Origin: Scyliorhinus canicula
Lineage: Eukaryota
Direction: 5' to 3'
NCBI RefSeq assembly: GCF_902713615.1
Contig: NW_024055461.1
Span: forward strand, 1,225,877-1,289,876
DNA: 64,000 nt
The notes beneath the pieces are model-generated. The model saw only the letters and a list, made by a program, of their open reading frames with translations. It made no database searches and was not told the DNA's origin. Below are positions 37,501-50,329 of the stretch, piece by piece. The number at the start of each line of letters is the position of its first letter. The stretch's first letter is position 1. The position numbers and the translations under genes are program-made.

Positions 37501-38220
37501 GTCTAAAGAGTTATTAGGTCAGATGATTAAAAACTTGGTTGACGAGCAGGTTATATGGGATAATTTTATTAAGGGAATTGAGGTAAAGGGGAGTGGGGAA
37601 TGTATACCAGAGTTTAGGGCCGAGACGCATGAAGACATCGCAAAGTGAAACAATTAATTCTGAACATAACATAACGTCTTGATAAATTACAGTTGCAAAA
37701 CTCAAGAACAATATCTTATATGAACACCTACACGAACGGCCAATACCTTTTATCAGCGAATTCACTTGCTCTTCTGAGCCAGATGAGAGTTCTATGATTG
37801 GGTGGATATTTAACCTGTGGGTGCCAATCTGGTGATTCTGTGAGAGCACTGTTCAGTCTAACACTGCCAGCATATCAGATGATTGGTGAATATAATACTA
37901 GGCAGGAAAATAATCCCCACCATGAAAACAACTTTCCAATGGATAGAGTGTAACACAAGAGTAAATTCATCATTTTGAACTAAATAGAGTTTTCCATTAA
38001 CTTTTGGGAAGTGCTATGCACCGGTGTTCATATGTAGACCAGTCCCGCAAGCCCAGTTCATTACTGGGATGTTGGTAAAATATTAACCTCAATATTACCC
38101 ACATGATAGCAGAGCAAATACACATTTCATAGAACTACTTATAGGTATTAACAAGAATTAATATAATCTCCAAATCAACAACGATTGTACTCGTACAAAC
38201 AAGCAAAAATATACAATCAT

Positions 38221-38350
38221 AGGGCAGCACGGTGGCACAGTGGTTAGCGTGGGTTTCACCCCCACAACCCAAAGATGTGCAGGATAGGTGGACTGGGCCA
38301 TGCTTAATTGCTCCTTAATTGGAAAAAATAATTGGGTACTCTAAATTTAA
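38221..38350 (+). mobile_element. Internally deleted short V-SINE with TSD atatacaatcat
   Basis: agggcagcacggtggcacagtggttagc...; absent at the paralogous site in copy A (~34360). Confidence 0.85.
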
Positions 38351-39629
38351 AATATATATATACAATCATTTGTAATATCGAGACAGGCAACAGGAACATG
38401 GTCCGGTAAAATATCAACAGAGATAGGCCCTCGTGTGATGTAAAGAGACAAATTCCTGGGGAACATAAAAGAGGCGGAATTTAATGTAATATAATCCTAT
38501 GGTGTAGTGTGTATTAATTGAGTGTAACACAAACAGAACAGTGTAGTTTAGACAGCGACAGGGTTTACTTTAATATAAATGAAGACAGAGTCTCATTCGA
38601 CATGAGAAGAAACAGATTTGATGTAAGACAGTGACATAAAAAATAGAGCCGGAGTAGACCATTCTGCCCTTCGAGCCTGCTCCGCTTTTCCCCGTTTCAT
38701 TTGGGCCCTTCAGAGCTTTGATCCCCAAGCGCTATGTCTAAATCTTTCTTTAAAACATGCAATACTTTCGACTCAACTTCGTTCTGTGGTAGAGAATTCC
38801 ACAGATTCACGACTCCCAGGGTGAAGATATTGCTCCTCATCTCAATCCTAAATAGTTTACCTCGTATTCTTAGATGGTGACCCCTCGTTCTAGCTTCACC
38901 CACCATCGGGACCATCCTTTCTGCGTCCGCCATGTCTAGTCCTGTTGCAATTTGATCGGCTTAGAATCATGGGGGAATTAATTGATATCTAATTAATCAG
39001 TGTTCTCTGCTTTCTGACCCCCCTGCCAGTGAATCAAGTTTCTTCCCAATTAATCAAACTAAACCATTCTAAATTTTGACCATTTTCACCAGGCCTTCCC
39101 ATATCCTGCTCGGTTCTAAGGGAAACAATCCCAGCTTCCAACCGCTCTGACCATGCAGCTCGTGAAGTGGGAAGATCAAGTTGCACATATGTTTATGCCT
39201 TGCTTGCATTTAGATGTTATTTTTGGAATAACTGATATTTTATATGGAGCCAGTGGAATTCCCATTCATCGTTACCATCGTGTCAGCACAAGACCAGCCT
39301 CTGAAAAGTAAATTGACCCATGTAAGACTGGACCCATAGTTTCAACTTTAGATTCCCCGAATAATATTTCAGAATGTCAAAATACAAACCATGATAGGTT
39401 AACAGTCTTTTCCCAGTGGAATCACTATCACCTCCCACAACAGATACCTGAGCCCATGATCCAGACCTGTGATCCAATGCAGAAGGAGTGTTTAATGTTC
39501 AATTGTTCCATCTTTTAGATGTGATGATATTACAGTCTTTGGGATAATCTCGCAATATTATTACAAAACTGGTAATCTGGAGGCCTGAGCTATTACCCCA
39601 GAGACAGGAGTGCTAACTCCACCAGGACA

Positions 39630-40310
39630 TATTGTAATGTTGTGAACAGTTTTGGTCTCCTTATGTAAGGAAATATATTTTGGAGGCAGTCCAGTGAAGG
39701 TTATTTCGGTTAATCCCGAGTATGGAGGGATTTTCAAAGCTAGGGGGCGTTTCACAGCACAGAAAGAGATCTTTCGACCCATCGTTAGTTACTCTACCTG
39801 TCAGCAAAAAAAGAAGAATCTGGCCTTGAATCCAGAAGGTAAACAGCCAAACATGCTGACCAATAGCACCACAGAGACTGACATGGGGAGAGCATAGGTC
39901 GGTTCGACCAACACGCATTGGAGTTTAGAAGAATGAGAGGCGAAGTTACTGAGATATATAGTATTCTCAGGGGGCTCGACAATGTAGCTAGAGGTTGTTC
40001 CCGCTTTTGGGAGAGTCTATTTCCATATGCCACAATCTCAGAGTAAGGTGCCACTCATTTCAGACGAGAATGAAGAGGAATTTCTTCTCTCAGAGGGTAG
40101 TGATTCTATAGAATTATTTGCCGTAGAGAGTTGGCCTTATTGATGAATAAGTTCAAGGCTGAGTCAGACAGATTTTTCATCAGAAAGGCAATCATGGGTT
40201 GTGGGGATAAGTTGGAAACGTGGAGTTGAGGATTTTGTCAGATCAGCAACGATGTCATTGAATGGCAGATCATATTCCATGGGTCGAATGGCCAACTTCT
40301 GCTTCTACAT
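39630..40310 (+). mobile_element. Old CR1 3' fragment
   Basis: ttttggtctccttat...gagtttagaagaatgagagg...gggtcgaatggcc. Confidence 0.6.
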
Positions 40311-42384
40311 CTTATGGTTTTATGGCAGCTGTGGGGACTTTCAATTGAATGAATTAATAAATCAGAAAAAAATCGTCGTGTCATTCATAATACTTATGAA
40401 TTTAGCGAAATTTCCCAAAGCCCAGAAGATTCACCAACATCCTTCAGGAGAAGAACTCTTCCCTCCTTATCCTATCTGGCCCAAATGTGACTCTAGTTCA
40501 ACAATGATGGGTTGACTATTAACTATCTCTGATATTGCCGAGCAAGCAAGTCGGTTGACGGGAAGATGCTACAGAAAGTCAAATGTGAATTAAACTGCCC
40601 GAAATGCGCCTTATCAAAAAGGTGCTTCACATCCGACTTCTCACGATGGACAGTTAATGCTGACTTTGTCACTGATGGCTATATGGCCGAATGAGTCCAA
40701 AACTGTTCAAAGTGCCGCAGATTCTGGAAATCAAAAACAGAAACAACAAAAAAGTCTGCTCAGCAGGTCAGTGAGCATCAGCAGAGAGAGGAACAGATTC
40801 ACATTTCAGGTGGATTACCTCATTGACTTAATTCTAACGAGCAGAGCTGCTTTTCCCAGTATCTTGGACTAATGTCCGTTCTTCAACTAAAATCACAGAA
40901 TAGCTGGTCACTTACCACTTCTCAGTTTGTGGGAGCTTGCTGTGCGCAAATTCCTGCTCTGTTTCCGACATTACAGGAGTGACTAAATTCAGCAAAAATA
41001 TATCACTGAGTTCTAAGGGCATTGGGATGACCTGAGGTCGGGTAAAGCGTTTTACAAAAGCAAGCTCTTTCCAACTGTTTACATTTTAAAATGCAAGTTG
41101 CAATTGTCAAAAGATCTGAGATTAATGTGTCTATTCATCTCTCCTCTGCCTGATGTTTTGAGTTATCCACTTTAAATTGGTCAATATTTCAATCAAATTA
41201 ACATTCAGTGGAAACGAGCTGGTTAGATATGCTTTATTAATAGAGGCTTCATAACTTTCAGAATGAATACTTATTTTAAATGTATTTTTTCTTTCAATTA
41301 AGTAACATCTGTTCTAATGGAAGTTTCTATTCATTTTAACCAACTGTCAATATTCTTAAAATACACCTCTATTTTTAGTTGAAACTAATCAATACGTGAT
41401 TGTGTTTATTTCGTTTTGCTGAAATGAACACTTCATTGTGACCAGTGAGGTGTTTATGTAAATAAACACAAAAATAGAAGTCCCAGTTTTGATTTTGGAC
41501 TGAGAAAAACAAAGCAAATGTTTCCCCATCAACACAGCACAGAAATAGAGCCAAAGACGCAAATAGATCAACGGATTCCAGTAATGATCGTTTTTCGACA
41601 TTTTTATTCATCAGTTATATGAGAAAAATGTCATGATGATATCCATGTTCAGAATTAGGAAAGATTCCCTCTAATCTCTAAATGTAAGGACATGCAAAAT
41701 GTGTTCGTAGAGTTTTCTTGTATCCTATCTCCCTCTCTGTGTTTCTCCTAACTGGTTCTGTCTCATGTCTCTCCACGATGGGTCATTGTGTTTAATCGAC
41801 AACATGAAGTCAACATGTGGCCAATACATTCTCTCAGCCCGATCTCACCCCGTTGGCTCACAACTAAATGGATTGAATCCAATGAATTGGAATACATAGA
41901 GGGAGTTTAACTCTAAATTGTCGTTGGAGCAGTCAATGGCCTTGGAGTGTTTAATGAGAACTGCAGAGACAATTTTACTCTGTATCTAATTTGGGCTGCA
42001 TATGGTGGCGAGGATTTGAGGTGGGAGGGCCGGAGAATCTTTCCTTGTACTTCACCAAGCTGCCGTGACCTTCGAGCATTTGATTGCCCAGGGGAGAGCA
42101 GGCTTTACTTGCATGTCACCTGCACGGAATCTGCCCTGTGAGTGTTTGACATGACTGCACAGGGAGACTTACTCCGTATCTGAACTATGCTGTCCCTGAC
42201 CTGGATGTGTTTGATGGAAAAATGCACAGGTATCTTTATCCAGTAAATGCACAGGTTTATTTGCCCCACTGTCTAACTGTCTTGGGGATCTCTGAGGAAG
42301 AGTGCAGAAGAGGTTTTACCTGGCATAGAACCCTTGATTTCCAGACCTTTAATGTGTTTAAGCGAGTTATGTAGAGGAAATTTC

Positions 42385-42570
42385 ATTCTATGTAATAATA
42401 GCTGATTGCCACAAGTAGGCTTCAATGAAGTTACTGTGAAAAGCCCCTAGTCGCCAGATTCCGGCGCCTGTTCGGGGAGCCCGGTATTGGAATTGAGCCC
42501 ACGCTGATGGCATTGTTCTGCATTGCACGCCAGCTATTTACCCTACTGTGCTAAACCAACCCCGCTTACA
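42385..42570 (-). mobile_element. Shark SINE (same family as 60745)
   Basis: gtaggcttcaatgaagttactgtgaaaagcccctagtcgcc...gctaaaccaacccc. Confidence 0.7.
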
Positions 42571-43318
42571 ATCGGCAGCTGCACTGGGAATGTTTGATGG
42601 GGGCAGTGTGATTGAAGAAGTCCTGGCGAAGTTTTGTCTTCAACCACTGATCCAACTGTCCTGCGAGTGTTTGAAGGGACAGTAGGCCCTGCCTCTGTAT
42701 TGTACCTGGCCGTGAACCCGTCTCTGTTTGTGTTATACTACCTCGTACCTGTGTCAGTTTATATTCAATAAGGACACTTTTATATTTGTTCATATAAAAC
42801 TAGGCTACCAATTCGAGGATTGTCTTGATCAATAAGGAGTTCAGGAGTTATTGGGAGAAGGCAGGAGAATGGGGTTGAGGAACATGTCGGCCATGATTTA
42901 ATGCCAGAGCAGCCTCGATGGGTCGAATAGCCTAATTCTGCTCCTATATCCTATGGACTTATGGACCCTGCTGGTTCTGTTCAGATTAACCTAGAACCTG
43001 ACTCTGTTTCTATTCATTTAAACCTGTATTACATTAGGTACAGCCTCAGTTCTTCACTGGGCCATGTCTCTGTTCATATTAATTTGGACCCGGCCTCAGT
43101 CATTGCTGCAGTAGAACATGCACAGTAATGTGGAAAATGGCTGGGGAGGAAATTGTGAAGATAAAAAAAAACTGAGGGAACAGTAATAATGTAAAATTCT
43201 TTAGCGAGCAATGCTAATCTATGTCCAGATATGATGTGGAGATGCCGGCGTTGGACTGGGGTGAGCACAGTAAGAAGTCTTACAACACCAGGTTAAAGTC
43301 CAACAGGTTTGTTTCAAA

Positions 43319-43353
43319 CACGAGCTTTCGGAGCACGGCTCCTTCTTCAGGTG
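43319..43353 (-). ncRNA. Minimal hammerhead ribozyme motif in the 3' pLTR
   Basis: CAC-CTGAAGA-AGGAGC-CGT-GCTCC-GAA-AGCT-C-GTG. Confidence 0.65.
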
Positions 43354-43498
43354 AATGGAAAGGCTTGTTCCAGAAATGTTTATATAGACACAGTCAGAGA
43401 TGCCCCGGAATGCGAGCACCTGCAGGCAATCAAATCATCAAAGATGCAGAGAGAGAGGTAACTCCAGGTTAAAGAGGTGTGAATTGTCCCAAGCCAGT

Positions 43499-46216
43499 TC
43501 AGTCGGTAGGCCTCTGCAAGTCCAGGCTTGTTGGTGGGGGCCGAATGTAATGCGACATGAATCCCAGATCCCGGTTGAGTCCGCATTCATGCGTGCGGAA
43601 CTTAGCTATAAGTTTTTGCTCAGCAATTTTGCGTTGTCGCGTCTCCTGAAGGCCTCCTTGTAGAATGCTGACCCGGAGATCAGAGGCTGAATGTCCTTGA
43701 CTGCTGAAGTGTTCCCCTACTGGAAGGGAACAGTCCTGCCTGTTGATAGTCGCACGATGCCCGTTTATTCGTTGTCGCAGTGTCTGCATGGTCACGCCAA
43801 TGTACCACGCTTCGGGACATCCTTTCCTGCAGCGTATGAGGTAGACTACATTGGTCGAGTCGCACGAGTATGCGCCGCGTACCTGGTGGGTGGTGTTTCC
43901 ACGTGTAATGGTGGTGTCCATGTCGATGATCTGGCATGTCTTGCAGAGATTACCCTGGCAGGGTTTTGTGGTGTTGTGGTTGCTGTTCTGAAGGCTGGGT
44001 AATTTGCTGCAAACAATGGTTTGTTTGAGGTTGCGCGGTTGTTTGAAGGCCAGTAGTGGGGGTGTGGGGATGACCTTGGCAAGATGTCCATCCTCGCTGA
44101 TGATGTGTTGGAGGCTGCGAAGAAGATGTCGTAGTTTCTCCGCCCCAGGAAAGTACTGGACGACGAAGGGTACTCTGTCAGTGGTGTCCCGTGTTTGTCT
44201 TCTGAGGAGGTCGGTGCGGTTTTTTGCTGTGGCGCGGTGGAACTGTCGATCAATGAGTCGAGCGCCATATCCCGTTCATACGAGGGCATCTTTCAGCATC
44301 TGTAGGTGTCTGTTGCGCTCCTCCTTGTCTGAGCAGATCCTGTGTATACGGAGGGCTTGTCCATAGGGGATGGCTTCTTTAATGTGTTTCGGGTGAAAGC
44401 TGGAGAAGTGGAGCATCGTGAGATTATCTGTGGGCTTGCGGTAAAGCGAGGTGCTGAGGTGACCGTCCTTGATGGAGACGAGTGTGTCCAAGAATGGAAC
44501 TGAATTTGGAGAATAGTCCATGGTGAGTTTGATGGTGGGATGGAACTTATTGATGTCATCGTGTAGTCGTTTCAGTGATGTCTCGCCGTGGGTCCAAAGG
44601 AAAAAAATGTCATCGATGTATCTGTTGTATAGCATCGGTTGAAAGTCCTGTGTGGTGAGGAAGTCCTGTTCAAACTTGTGCATGAAGATGTTGGCATATT
44701 GAGGTGCAAATTTGGTCCCCATGGCTGTTCCGTGCGTCTGGATGAAGAATTTGTTGTCGAAGGTGAAGACGTTGTGGTCTAGAATGAAACGGATGAGTTG
44801 CAGAATTGCGTCTGGAGATTGGCAGTTGTCGGTGTTGAGGACTGAGGCTGTTGCAGCAATGCCGTCGTCATGGGGGATGCTGGTGTAGAGTGCCGAGACA
44901 TCCATTGTGACGAGGAATGTTCCTGGTTCAACTGGTCCATGGGTGCTGAGTTTCTGTAGGAAGTCCGTCGTGTCGCGACAGAAGCTGGGTGTACCTTGTA
45001 CGATGGGTTTCAAGATGCCCTCGATGTGGCCAGAGAGGTTCTCACACAGGGTCCCATTGCCTGAAACGATAGGACGGCCTGGTGTGTTGGCCTTGTGTAT
45101 TTTCGGGAGGCAGTAGAGATCTCCAATGCAGGGATTACGTGGGATGAGAGCACGTAGGGTGTTCTGAAGGTCTGGATCTAAGGTCTTGATCAGTCTGCTG
45201 AGTTGGCGGATGTGTTCCTTGGTTGGATCTGCGGGTAACTGCCTGTAGTGTTCCTGGTTGTCGAGTTGTCGGTATACTTCTTTGCAGTAGTCTGTTCTGT
45301 TCAGTATGACGGTGGCCCCTCCTTTGTCTGCTGGTTTGATGACGATGTTGCGGTTGGTCTTGAGAGTGCGGATGGCGTTGCGTTGTGCTTGGGTGACGTT
45401 TGAGGCTGCCTTGTGATTGCGAGTGATGAATCTGGCATTGACACGACTTCTGACGGCTTGAGCATACATGTCGAGTCTAGGGCAGCGGCCTTCCGGAGGG
45501 GTCCAATTTGACTCTTTCCTTTTCGGTTGCTGCACTGCAGATCTCGCGGTCTGCTGTTCCGGTTCATTGGTCGTGTCCCTGGGTTCGCTGTCGGCCTCTT
45601 GGGGTCTGTGGAAGAATTCCCGGAGCCTCATTCGCCTGATGAATTCCTCCGTATCTGCCGCGAGACTGATGGGGTCCATTTTGGTGGTGGTGCAGAAATT
45701 GAGCCCTCTGCTGAGGACTTCGATTTCGTCTGGTTGAAGGGTGTAGTCTGACAAGTTGACAATGGATTTCCCTGTATTGTTTTCGACTGTTGTACCGGGA
45801 GAAGCTTGATTGCTGCTGGTGGTGATGCCAAGTTTCTCAAGCTTCCTGTTCTTGGTGTGCATGTAGGTGGCATAGTATTGCTGTCTCATCTGTTTGGCGG
45901 TGTTCCGCAGCTGGTCTGCTGTGTCCTGAGCGCAAGTTGAGAATATGGCCTCTCTCTTGGTTTCCAGGTTGCGTCGACTGCTGTAGAGTTGGTGTACGAG
46001 GTGTTTGAGGAGTGTGACAGAGGTGCGGTGGCAGAGTCTTTCAGCGTAGTCTGTGTTGTAAGTCGACTTGAGTGGGTTTTTGATCTGTAGTCCTTTCGGG
46101 ATCTTGTCTGCTTTTTTGCATCTTTGTAGAAACTGAATGTCAGTGTCTATATGCGCGATCTTCCTGGAGATCCTCTCCACTTTGAGCCGGCAGTTTGCGG
46201 TGTCAATGGTAGCCAT
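43499..46216 (-). pseudogene. PLE RT + GIY-YIG ORF (~905 codons) with one in-frame stop
   Basis: IKPADKG, KIHK..PGRPIVS, MDVSALYTSIP, GTAMG, RYIDD; VVYLIRC..YIG. CGA>TGA at ~44276 joins the 658-aa ORF to the in-frame C-terminal part. Confidence 0.92.
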
Positions 46217-46302
46217 GATGTGGAGATGCCGGCGTTGGACTGGGGTGAGCACAGTAAGAAGTCTTACAACACCAGGTTAAAGTCCAACAGGTTTGTTTCA
46301 AA

Positions 46303-46337
46303 CACGAGCTTTCGGAGCACGGCTCCTTCTTCAGGTG
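46303..46337 (-). ncRNA. Minimal hammerhead ribozyme motif in the 5' pLTR
   Basis: Identical to 43319-43353. Confidence 0.65.
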
Positions 46338-47545
46338 AATGGAAAGGCTTGTTCCAGAAATGTTTATATAGACACAGTCAGAGATGCCCCGGAATGCGAG
46401 CACCTGCAGGCAATCAAATCATCAAAGATGCAGAGAGAGAGGTAACTCCAGGTTAAAGAGGTGTGAATTGTCCCAAGCCAGTTCAGTCGGTAGGCCTCTG
46501 CAAGTCCCGAAACACATTAAAGAAGCCAACCCCTATGGACAAGCCCTCCGTATACACAGGATCTGCTCAGACAAGGAGGAGCGCAACAGACACCTACAGA
46601 TGCTGAAAGATGCCCTCGTACGAACGGGATATGGCGCTCGACTCATTGATCGACAGTTCCACCGCGCCACAGCAAAAAACCGCACCGACCTCCTCAGAAG
46701 ACAAACACGGGACACCACTGACAGAGTACCCTTCGTCGTCCAGTACTTTACTGGGGCGGAGAAACTACGACATCTTCTTCGCAGCCTCCAACACATCATC
46801 AGCGAGGATGGACATCTTGCCAAGGTCATCCCCACACCCCCACTACTGGCCTTCAAACAACCGCGCAACCTCAAACAAACCATTGTTTGCAGCAAATTAC
46901 CCAGCCTTCAGAACAGCAACCACAACACCACAAAACCCTGCCAGGGTAATCTCTGCAAGACATGCCAGATCATCGACATGGACACCACCATTACACGTGG
47001 AAACACCACCCACCAGGTACGCGGCGCATACTCGTGCGACTCGACCAATGTAGTCTACCTCATACGCTGCAGGAAAGGATGTCCCGAAGCGTGGTACATT
47101 GGCGAGACCATGCAGACACTGCGACAACGAATAAACGGGCATCGTGCGACTATCAACAGGCAGGACTGTTCCCTTCCAGTAGGGGAACACTTCAGCAGTC
47201 AAGGACATTCAGCCTCTGATCTCCGGGTCAGCATTCTACAAGGAGGCCTTCAGGAGACGCGACAACGCAAAATTGCTGAGCAAAAACTTATAGCTAAGTT
47301 CCGCACGCATGAATGCGGACTCAACCGGAATCTGGGATTCATGTCGCATTACATTCGGCCCCCACCAACAAGCCTGGACTTGCAGAGGCCTACCGACTGA
47401 ACTGGCTTGGGACAATTCACACCTCTTTAACCTGGAGTTACCTCTCTCTCTGCATCTTTGATGATTTGATTGCCTGCAGGTGCTCGCATTCCGGGGCATC
47501 TCTGACTGTGTCTATATAAACATTTCTGGAACAAGCCTTTCCATT

Positions 47546-47580
47546 CACCTGAAGAAGGAGCCGTGCTCCGAAAGCTCGTG
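47546..47580 (+). ncRNA. Minimal hammerhead ribozyme motif in the inverted segment
   Basis: cacctgaagaaggagccgtgctccgaaagctcgtg. Confidence 0.65.
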
Positions 47581-47869
47581 TTTGAAACAAACCTGTTGGA
47601 CTTTAACCTGGTGTTGTAAGACTTCTTACTATGTCCAGATAAACGTCATAATCTGTCTTGTCAGCACCCTAGATGCATGCACATAGAACCGCAGATCTCT
47701 CTGATGTTCTTGCAGCCAATTCAAATTGTACAACGGAACTTCTATTGCCTGGGCCTAGTGCAATAAACGAAGGAAATGGAATAGTTGTAATTGTGCAACA
47801 TAAACGATATGTTTCAAATGATGTAATAGGACCTTGGCTTCACCAGTAACGTCAGAATGTGGTGTTGAG

Positions 47870-49230
47870 CCCTCTTACTGAACCATTGCATTGATATTGA
47901 GTAAGTACACCCACAGTGCTGAAAGGAAGGGAGTTCCAGGATTTTGACCAGTGACAGTGAAGGAACAGAGACATAGTTCCCATCAAGATGGTGTGTGGCT
48001 TGGTGGGAACTTGCAGGTCCTGCTGTTACAATGAATCTGCCGGGCCTGCTCCTTTCAGATGGCTGAGTTCGTGGGTTTTCAAGGTGCTTTCTAAGGAGAT
48101 CCTTGTATATCGTTCACGCTGCTAGAATTGTACACCCGTGATTAAGGGAGCGAATATTTAAGCTGGTGGATGGGGTGTTCGTCGAGACGGCTGCTTTGTC
48201 CAGGATGGCGTTGCGATTCTCGAAATTGCTTGAGGAACACATTTCAGACAAATGGAGGACATTCAATAAACTCCTGACTTCTGCCGTATAGATGATGGAT
48301 AGGATTTGGGAAGTCTGGAGGTGAGAGACTCACCGCAGAATTTCCAGCCACTGACCAGCTCTTGTAGCCACATTATTTAAAAGGTTCTTCCAATTCAGTT
48401 TTTAATCAATGATAATCCAGAGGATGTTTATAGTGGGGGATTACATCGCGGTAGTGTCATTTAAAATCCAGGGGAGATGGTTAGCATCTCCCTTTTTGGG
48501 ATGGTCATTCCCTGACAGTTGTCAGCCCAAGCCTGAATGTTGTCCAAGTCTTGTTACATATGAAGACAGACTGCTTCAGTATTTTTGGAATGGAATATGG
48601 TGCAGAACATTGGGTAATCATCAACGAACATTCCCACTTCTGACCTTATGATGAAGGGTGAAGCTAGGGCCGGGGGCACTATGCTAGGACACTATACGTG
48701 ACAGGATGCTCCTTGACACTTTTCATGAAGTTGCTGATGATCGAATGCGGACTGATGGGCCAATAATTGGCCGGGTTGGATTTTTCCTGCCTTTTCTGGA
48801 CGGGTCAGGTTTGCCAATGTTACACATTGTTGTGTACATGCCAGTGCTGTACCTGCACTGGAGCAACTTGTCTGGGGCGCAGCCAGTTCTGCAGCACAAA
48901 TCTTCAGCCTTGTTGCTGGAATGCTGCCAGGAATAATAACATTTGCAGCGCCGTCAGCCATTTCTTGATGTCATGTGGCGTGAATCAAATTTGCTGAAGA
49001 CTGACATCCATGATGATGCAGACCACCGGAGGAGGCCGAGATGGATCATCCTCGGCAAGGCTGACAGAATCTTTCAGTCTTGTTTTTTGCACCGATGTGC
49101 TGGGCTCCCCCATAATTGAAGAGGGGAATTTTATTGAGGCTCCTATTCCAGCTTTTTGTTTATTTGTTGATTACTATTCAGGACTGGATGTGGCATTGAA
49201 AATGGTATCACAGTGATTATGTGGCGTACG
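47870..49230 (-). mobile_element. CR1/L2-group LINE fragments
   Basis: gggagttccaggattttgacc...; same family as 17240. Confidence 0.6.
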
Positions 49231-49234
49231 CATT

Positions 49235-49345
49235 GAGATAGATAGAACAGTACAGCACAGAACAGGCCCTTTGGCCCTCAATGTTGTGCCGAGCCATGAT
49301 TACCCTACTCAAACCCACGTATCCACCCTATACCCGTAACACGAC
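49235..49345 (-). mobile_element. V-SINE 3' tail
   Basis: gaacagtacagcacagaacaggccctttggccc... Confidence 0.75.
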
Positions 49346-49639
49346 TCGTGTGACCATGGCCGATTTAGGGACCACACTGGAAATGTGCAAACCATCTCTT
49401 TTTACATTGGAGAGACTTGGATGCTCTGTCTTTAAGAGAACTGCCGCATTTCTGATTGTCTCCGGCCAGTAAATATCCATAATGCATTGCGGACAATAAA
49501 GATGACATTTGCTGAGCTATTTTTCTTCACAGGTGCAGGTATCCCTTGTTTCACAGACATACAACACGGTTCTGAGAGTTCAGGCCTAATAAACCATCAG
49601 CTTGTTCCAATGGGTCAGCTTGATGTTATTCCATGGGCA

Positions 49640-50290
49640 TTCAATTAGTAAAACAAAGGTCGTAACTGTTTTTCCCCATGAATTACATTCTACATCAAGG
49701 CAGTCTCTCACCATGGAAACTCGGGAGCAGAATCTGCTCACCGGCTCTTATTTAGTGTGGCCATGGCGAAAGTGCAACTCCTTGACCCACAACCACGATT
49801 TTCCTCATGCTTATGGTAAGGAAGAACAAGATACAGGCACCGAGGACACAGTCCATGAGTCTCTGAATATGATGTTTTGTTTTGATGATCGAATTTTCAG
49901 AGTAGAGGAATTCTTTGATGAGGATGTATTGTGATTATGTCTCCGTTTTGATAACTGAGAGGTTGTAGAGGTTGCAGCCTGACCGAGTGTGTTAATGGAT
50001 TTTATTCTTGTCTTCATGTAAGGCGAAGATCAGCAGCATGGAGAGGAAGCTGCCGAATAGAGGTGGGTGTGGGACATGGTCCTCTTTCACTCAATTATTC
50101 ACTTAGAATCTGTCGGAAGTGGAATGATCACTCTGTCCCGTGCAGTGCATTTTACCATGGAAGGAGTGAATGCGACAGGGGAGCTTCAGCAGTCAGCCAA
50201 TTTCCCCCAAATCATATAGCCCCTACTCTGTGGACAGTGTCGAATATTTATCGAGATTGACGAAAGTAAGGTGAAGAGGTAGGCATGTGG
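49640..50290 (-). mobile_element. RTE-clade LINE RT relic
   Basis: Relic LIKEFLYSEN..IQRLMDCVLGAC.LF.LTISMRK..V.GQGV resembles RTE LLFADD..LQRLMD..GLTIS.KKT. Confidence 0.5.
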
Positions 50291-50329
50291 CAGAGGGAGC
50301 AGATCATGTCCAGAGTAAACCTTGTGACG

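Larger units (their letters stand above)
36360..42010 (+). repeat. Old segmental duplication, copy B (expanded by later insertions)
   Basis: Colinear with 32860-36340; carries extra SINE and CR1 insertions. Confidence 0.85.
43231..47630 (-). mobile_element. Young Penelope-like element: pLTR-ORF-pLTR plus inverted 3' segment
   Basis: TSD atgtccagat at 43221-43230 and 47631-47640; direct repeats 43231-43524 and ~46217-46506; inverted copy ~46506-47630. Confidence 0.95.

Noticed and set aside
43499-46252. Fully intact Penelope ORF
   Set aside because: In-frame TGA at ~44276 and YIGE>YIGV in the main copy.
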